Assembly: GCA_035280365.1 (NCBI GenBank)
Contig: DATEGB010000006.1
Location: forward strand, 218-64,217
DNA: 64,000 nt
Source of the DNA: Candidatus Dormiibacterota bacterium
GTDB taxonomy: Bacteria > Chloroflexota > Dormibacteria > Dormibacterales > Dormibacteraceae
Direction of reading: 5' to 3'
The notes below the pieces were generated by a model that worked only from the letters and a program-made list of their open reading frames with translations, was not told where the DNA came from and made no database searches. Position 1 is the stretch's first letter, and every line of letters starts with the position of its first letter. Shown here one piece after another: positions 61,769 through 64,000 of the stretch. Both the position numbers and the translations under genes were made by a program.

Positions 61769-62935
61769 ATGGCACAGACGGCGGTGGCGGCGCCGGACTT
61801 TGCGGACGTCTACCGCGAACATCTGCTTGGTGTCTGGCGGTACGTTCGGTCGCAGGTACCCGACTATCACGACGCTCAGGACGTGACCGGGGAAGTATTC
61901 ACCCGGGCCTGGCGGTCGTGGCCGGGATTCGATCCCCAGCGAGGGGCGGTCGGGGCCTGGCTATTTCGCATTGCTCAGCGTGGCGTAGCCGACTGGCATC
62001 GGAAGCGGGTTGGTGAACGGCTGCCAACGCATGTGGCGCTGGATGAGTTAGAGGAGCGGCTGAGTCAGAACGACGATTCGCCTGAGGCAGTGGTCCTCCA
62101 GCGCGAGACATTGAGGCGGCTCGGTCAGGCGCTCGCAGTTCTCACCGAGCGCGAACGCGATTGCCTGGCCTTGCGTTTCGCAGCCGGATTGAAGATCGCA
62201 GAGGTCGGGCAGGTCCTGGGAGTTTCGACCGGAGCAGCAAAGATGATCATCTCGAGAGCGATCAGCAAACTTGCCGACAAGCTAGCGCAACGCACCGCCC
62301 GACAAACCGCAGACTCTCCCCTGCTGCTTGACGACCTGGTCGACGAAGTCTTGGAGCGCGGCAGCGTGGTCATGTCTCGCACCGAGCTTCAAGCTCTCGT
62401 CCTCCACCTCGCTGCGATTCATCAGCCCTCGCTGCCTGCTGAGCTGCCGGGACGCGTGAAGTACTGTATCGAGTGCGCCGGCTCAGTTTCGGTGGCGCGC
62501 CGCCCTCGATCGCTGCTCACGTTTGCGCCACTGAGCTGGGTGACACTCGCACCGATTTGCCTGGCCTGCACGATCCCGATCTTGTTTGCGCCACTCGCGG
62601 CTCTGGGCGTGTCGATGGGCGTTGGAGTGGGATTCCACGCGCTGTCATTGGTGACCGCACCATTCGTGTTTCTGTTGCTGTGGCGTCACTTTCGACGTCA
62701 CCGTGATCACCTGGTCATCTGGATCGGCGGAGCCGGCGCCTTGCTGCTGATGGGTCACCTGGTGGCGCATCTACTCGGCGTGCGCGTGTACTGGATCGGG
62801 GCGGTCACGAACCAGCTGGGCGTGCCACTGCTGATCCTGGGTTCATTGCTCGACATGGGAGCGATGCGGCGCTGGATGGCTGAACAACGGAAACGGATGT
62901 TGGGCCTGGGATCGCCCCAGGGCGCGACAGCCTGA
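61769..62935 (+). CDS. ECF sigma factor fused to a C-terminal CxxC-containing four-helix membrane domain (MerC-like)
   Basis: Region 2 (DAQDVTGEVFTRAW, WLFRIAQRGVADWHRKR) and region 4 (LTERERDCLALRFAAGLKIAEVGQVLGVSTGAAKMIISRA) occupy aa 1-170. CIEC is at aa 233-236 and CLAC at aa 264-267, in the first of about 4 TM helices. ATG 61769 is preceded by GGGAGAGG. Confidence 0.8.
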   Translation: MAQTAVAAPDFADVYREHLLGVWRYVRSQVPDYHDAQDVTGEVFTRAWRSWPGFDPQRGAVGAWLFRIAQRGVADWHRKRVGERLPTHVALDELEERLSQNDDSPEAVVLQRETLRRLGQALAVLTERERDCLALRFAAGLKIAEVGQVLGVSTGAAKMIISRAISKLADKLAQRTARQTADSPLLLDDLVDEVLERGSVVMSRTELQALVLHLAAIHQPSLPAELPGRVKYCIECAGSVSVARRPRSLLTFAPLSWVTLAPICLACTIPILFAPLAALGVSMGVGVGFHALSLVTAPFVFLLLWRHFRRHRDHLVIWIGGAGALLLMGHLVAHLLGVRVYWIGAVTNQLGVPLLILGSLLDMGAMRRWMAEQRKRMLGLGSPQGATA

Positions 62936-62954
62936 GAGAAGGAGCAATCAAGAG

Positions 62955-63653
62955 ATGACGGAGACGTTTCGGCGGATTACAGGTGTGTCCGGATTGACCT
63001 TCGTGGTGGTTTTCGTGATCGCGAATATTGCCTCGGGCGAACCCAGCCGTGGCGCGACGAAAGAAGAGATAGCGAAATATATGTCGAGCCATCAAACGTC
63101 GAACGAGGTGCTCGGCGCGCTCGCGATGCTTGTAAGCGCAATCTTGGCGCTTTTCGTTGTCGGTGTTTGGGTGCAGTTGCGGTACGGACGAAGCGACAGC
63201 TCCCGGGCATGGCCTGCCGCAGCTCTCGTCGGCGGAATAGTGATGGCCGGCAACCTGGCTTTCGTGGGCGGCTCGATCGCATCTATGGGTCGGCTCGGAG
63301 ACAGCCTGGCAAATCAACCGATATTGGCTCAGACGGTTTTCACGTCATACCAAGGGACGGCAGCCGCAATCGTGCCTTTCATTGCGCTCTTGTTGGTCGG
63401 GAGCGGCATGGCGACGCTCGAATCGGGGGCCTTTCCGACATGGACCGCGTGGCTGGCCTTCCTGGGCTCTGCGCTGAACATCGTCCTGCTTGTTCAGTCC
63501 TTCTGGCCCGGGCCAGTCCTGGATGGCGTTGGCATCGTTCAGGCCGTGGTGACGCTCGGCTACTTCGCGATCATCGCTATCTACATGCTGCTTCCGGAGC
63601 GACAACCGATGGCGTTTGGCGCCCCAGTTTCCGGAGCGGCAAAAACGAGCTAG
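62955..63653 (+). CDS. Hypothetical polytopic membrane protein
   Basis: 232 aa with about 6 TM helices. An AAGGAG Shine-Dalgarno is upstream, and the gene starts 19 nt after the sigma-fusion gene. Confidence 0.65.
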   Translation: MTETFRRITGVSGLTFVVVFVIANIASGEPSRGATKEEIAKYMSSHQTSNEVLGALAMLVSAILALFVVGVWVQLRYGRSDSSRAWPAAALVGGIVMAGNLAFVGGSIASMGRLGDSLANQPILAQTVFTSYQGTAAAIVPFIALLLVGSGMATLESGAFPTWTAWLAFLGSALNIVLLVQSFWPGPVLDGVGIVQAVVTLGYFAIIAIYMLLPERQPMAFGAPVSGAAKTS

Positions 63654-64000
63654 TCCTAGTCCTGGAGCCTGAGTGGGCGGCTCAGCCGGATTTGCCAGGC
63701 AAGACCGGCTGCCGCCCCACACCGACCTGTCATGTCGCACCGTCGAGTAGTCGACTGTCACTGTATGGGTTGCCGGTAGCTGGCAGCCAGGCCATTGACA
63801 AGCCACCGACGCCGAGTCTATGCGGTAGAAACACCGCCACGCGGGTCGCGCCTAGTGCCCTCTAAACGCCGATTCTCGCTGCGTCGACGGTGACTCCTCG
63901 GTTCGCGTTATATGAGCTTCGGGCCACCATGTCTACACTCGCAGCCATGTATCTCCACGAATCCGCAGACCTAGGCGGTGTGGTTCATCTGGAGCTATAT

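Larger units (their letters stand above)
59934..64000. other. Low-GC segment directly downstream of tRNA-Gln (candidate genomic island; far end outside window)
   Basis: Sampled 60-nt lines give about 52-60% GC here versus about 70% upstream. Genes here use canonical Shine-Dalgarno sequences. No integrase or att repeat was seen. Confidence 0.45.

Noticed and set aside
63929-64000. A possible gene start (ATG 63929, MSTLAAMYLHESADLGGVVHLELY) running off the window.
   Set aside because: Only 24 codons are visible, which is too short to support a call or a family.

Overview
This is a gene-dense, high-GC (about 68-70% on sampled lines) bacterial chromosomal segment. Its gene content looks like Terrabacteria (WS/DGAT, GT87, PrsW, bactofilin, YvcK, and many apparently leaderless genes), so Actinomycetota, Chloroflexota or a related lineage is plausible. 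I cannot assign taxonomy from sequence alone. I support about 65 CDS and 4 tRNAs: Leu-CAG, Arg-TCG, Leu-GAG and Gln-CTG. I saw no rRNA, CRISPR array, transposase or integrase.

Recognisable blocks:
- typA and csp.
- A minus-strand string running from a ModE-like regulator through modABC, WS/DGAT and HtrA to a LivJ-like binding protein.
- A DUF1800/DUF1501/di-heme membrane cluster.
- PrsW.
- A 935-aa Ser/Thr kinase fused to an AAA+ ATPase.
- Formamidase with an acyl-CoA ligase.
- A secreted-protein/ECF sigma/anti-sigma module.
- hom-thrC-thrB-ask-ychF.
- A DUF1003/ArsA-like/M50/selA-selB/metF/glucokinase/cca string.
- Bactofilin and glpX.
- rplI-dnaB, purA and yvcK.

The last ~4 kb, directly after tRNA-Gln, drops to about 52-60% GC. 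It carries an ECF sigma factor fused to a CxxC membrane domain.

The observations I rank highest:
- The kinase-AAA+ fusion.
- The sigma-membrane fusion in the low-GC segment.
- A 42-bp-phased palindrome array between convergent genes.
- A near-consensus promoter driving a structured C-rich non-coding stretch.
- A recurring pattern of TAnnnT hexamers 6-10 nt upstream of start codons, which suggests widespread leaderless transcription and changes several start-codon calls.

All family assignments come from motif recognition by eye. No searches were run.
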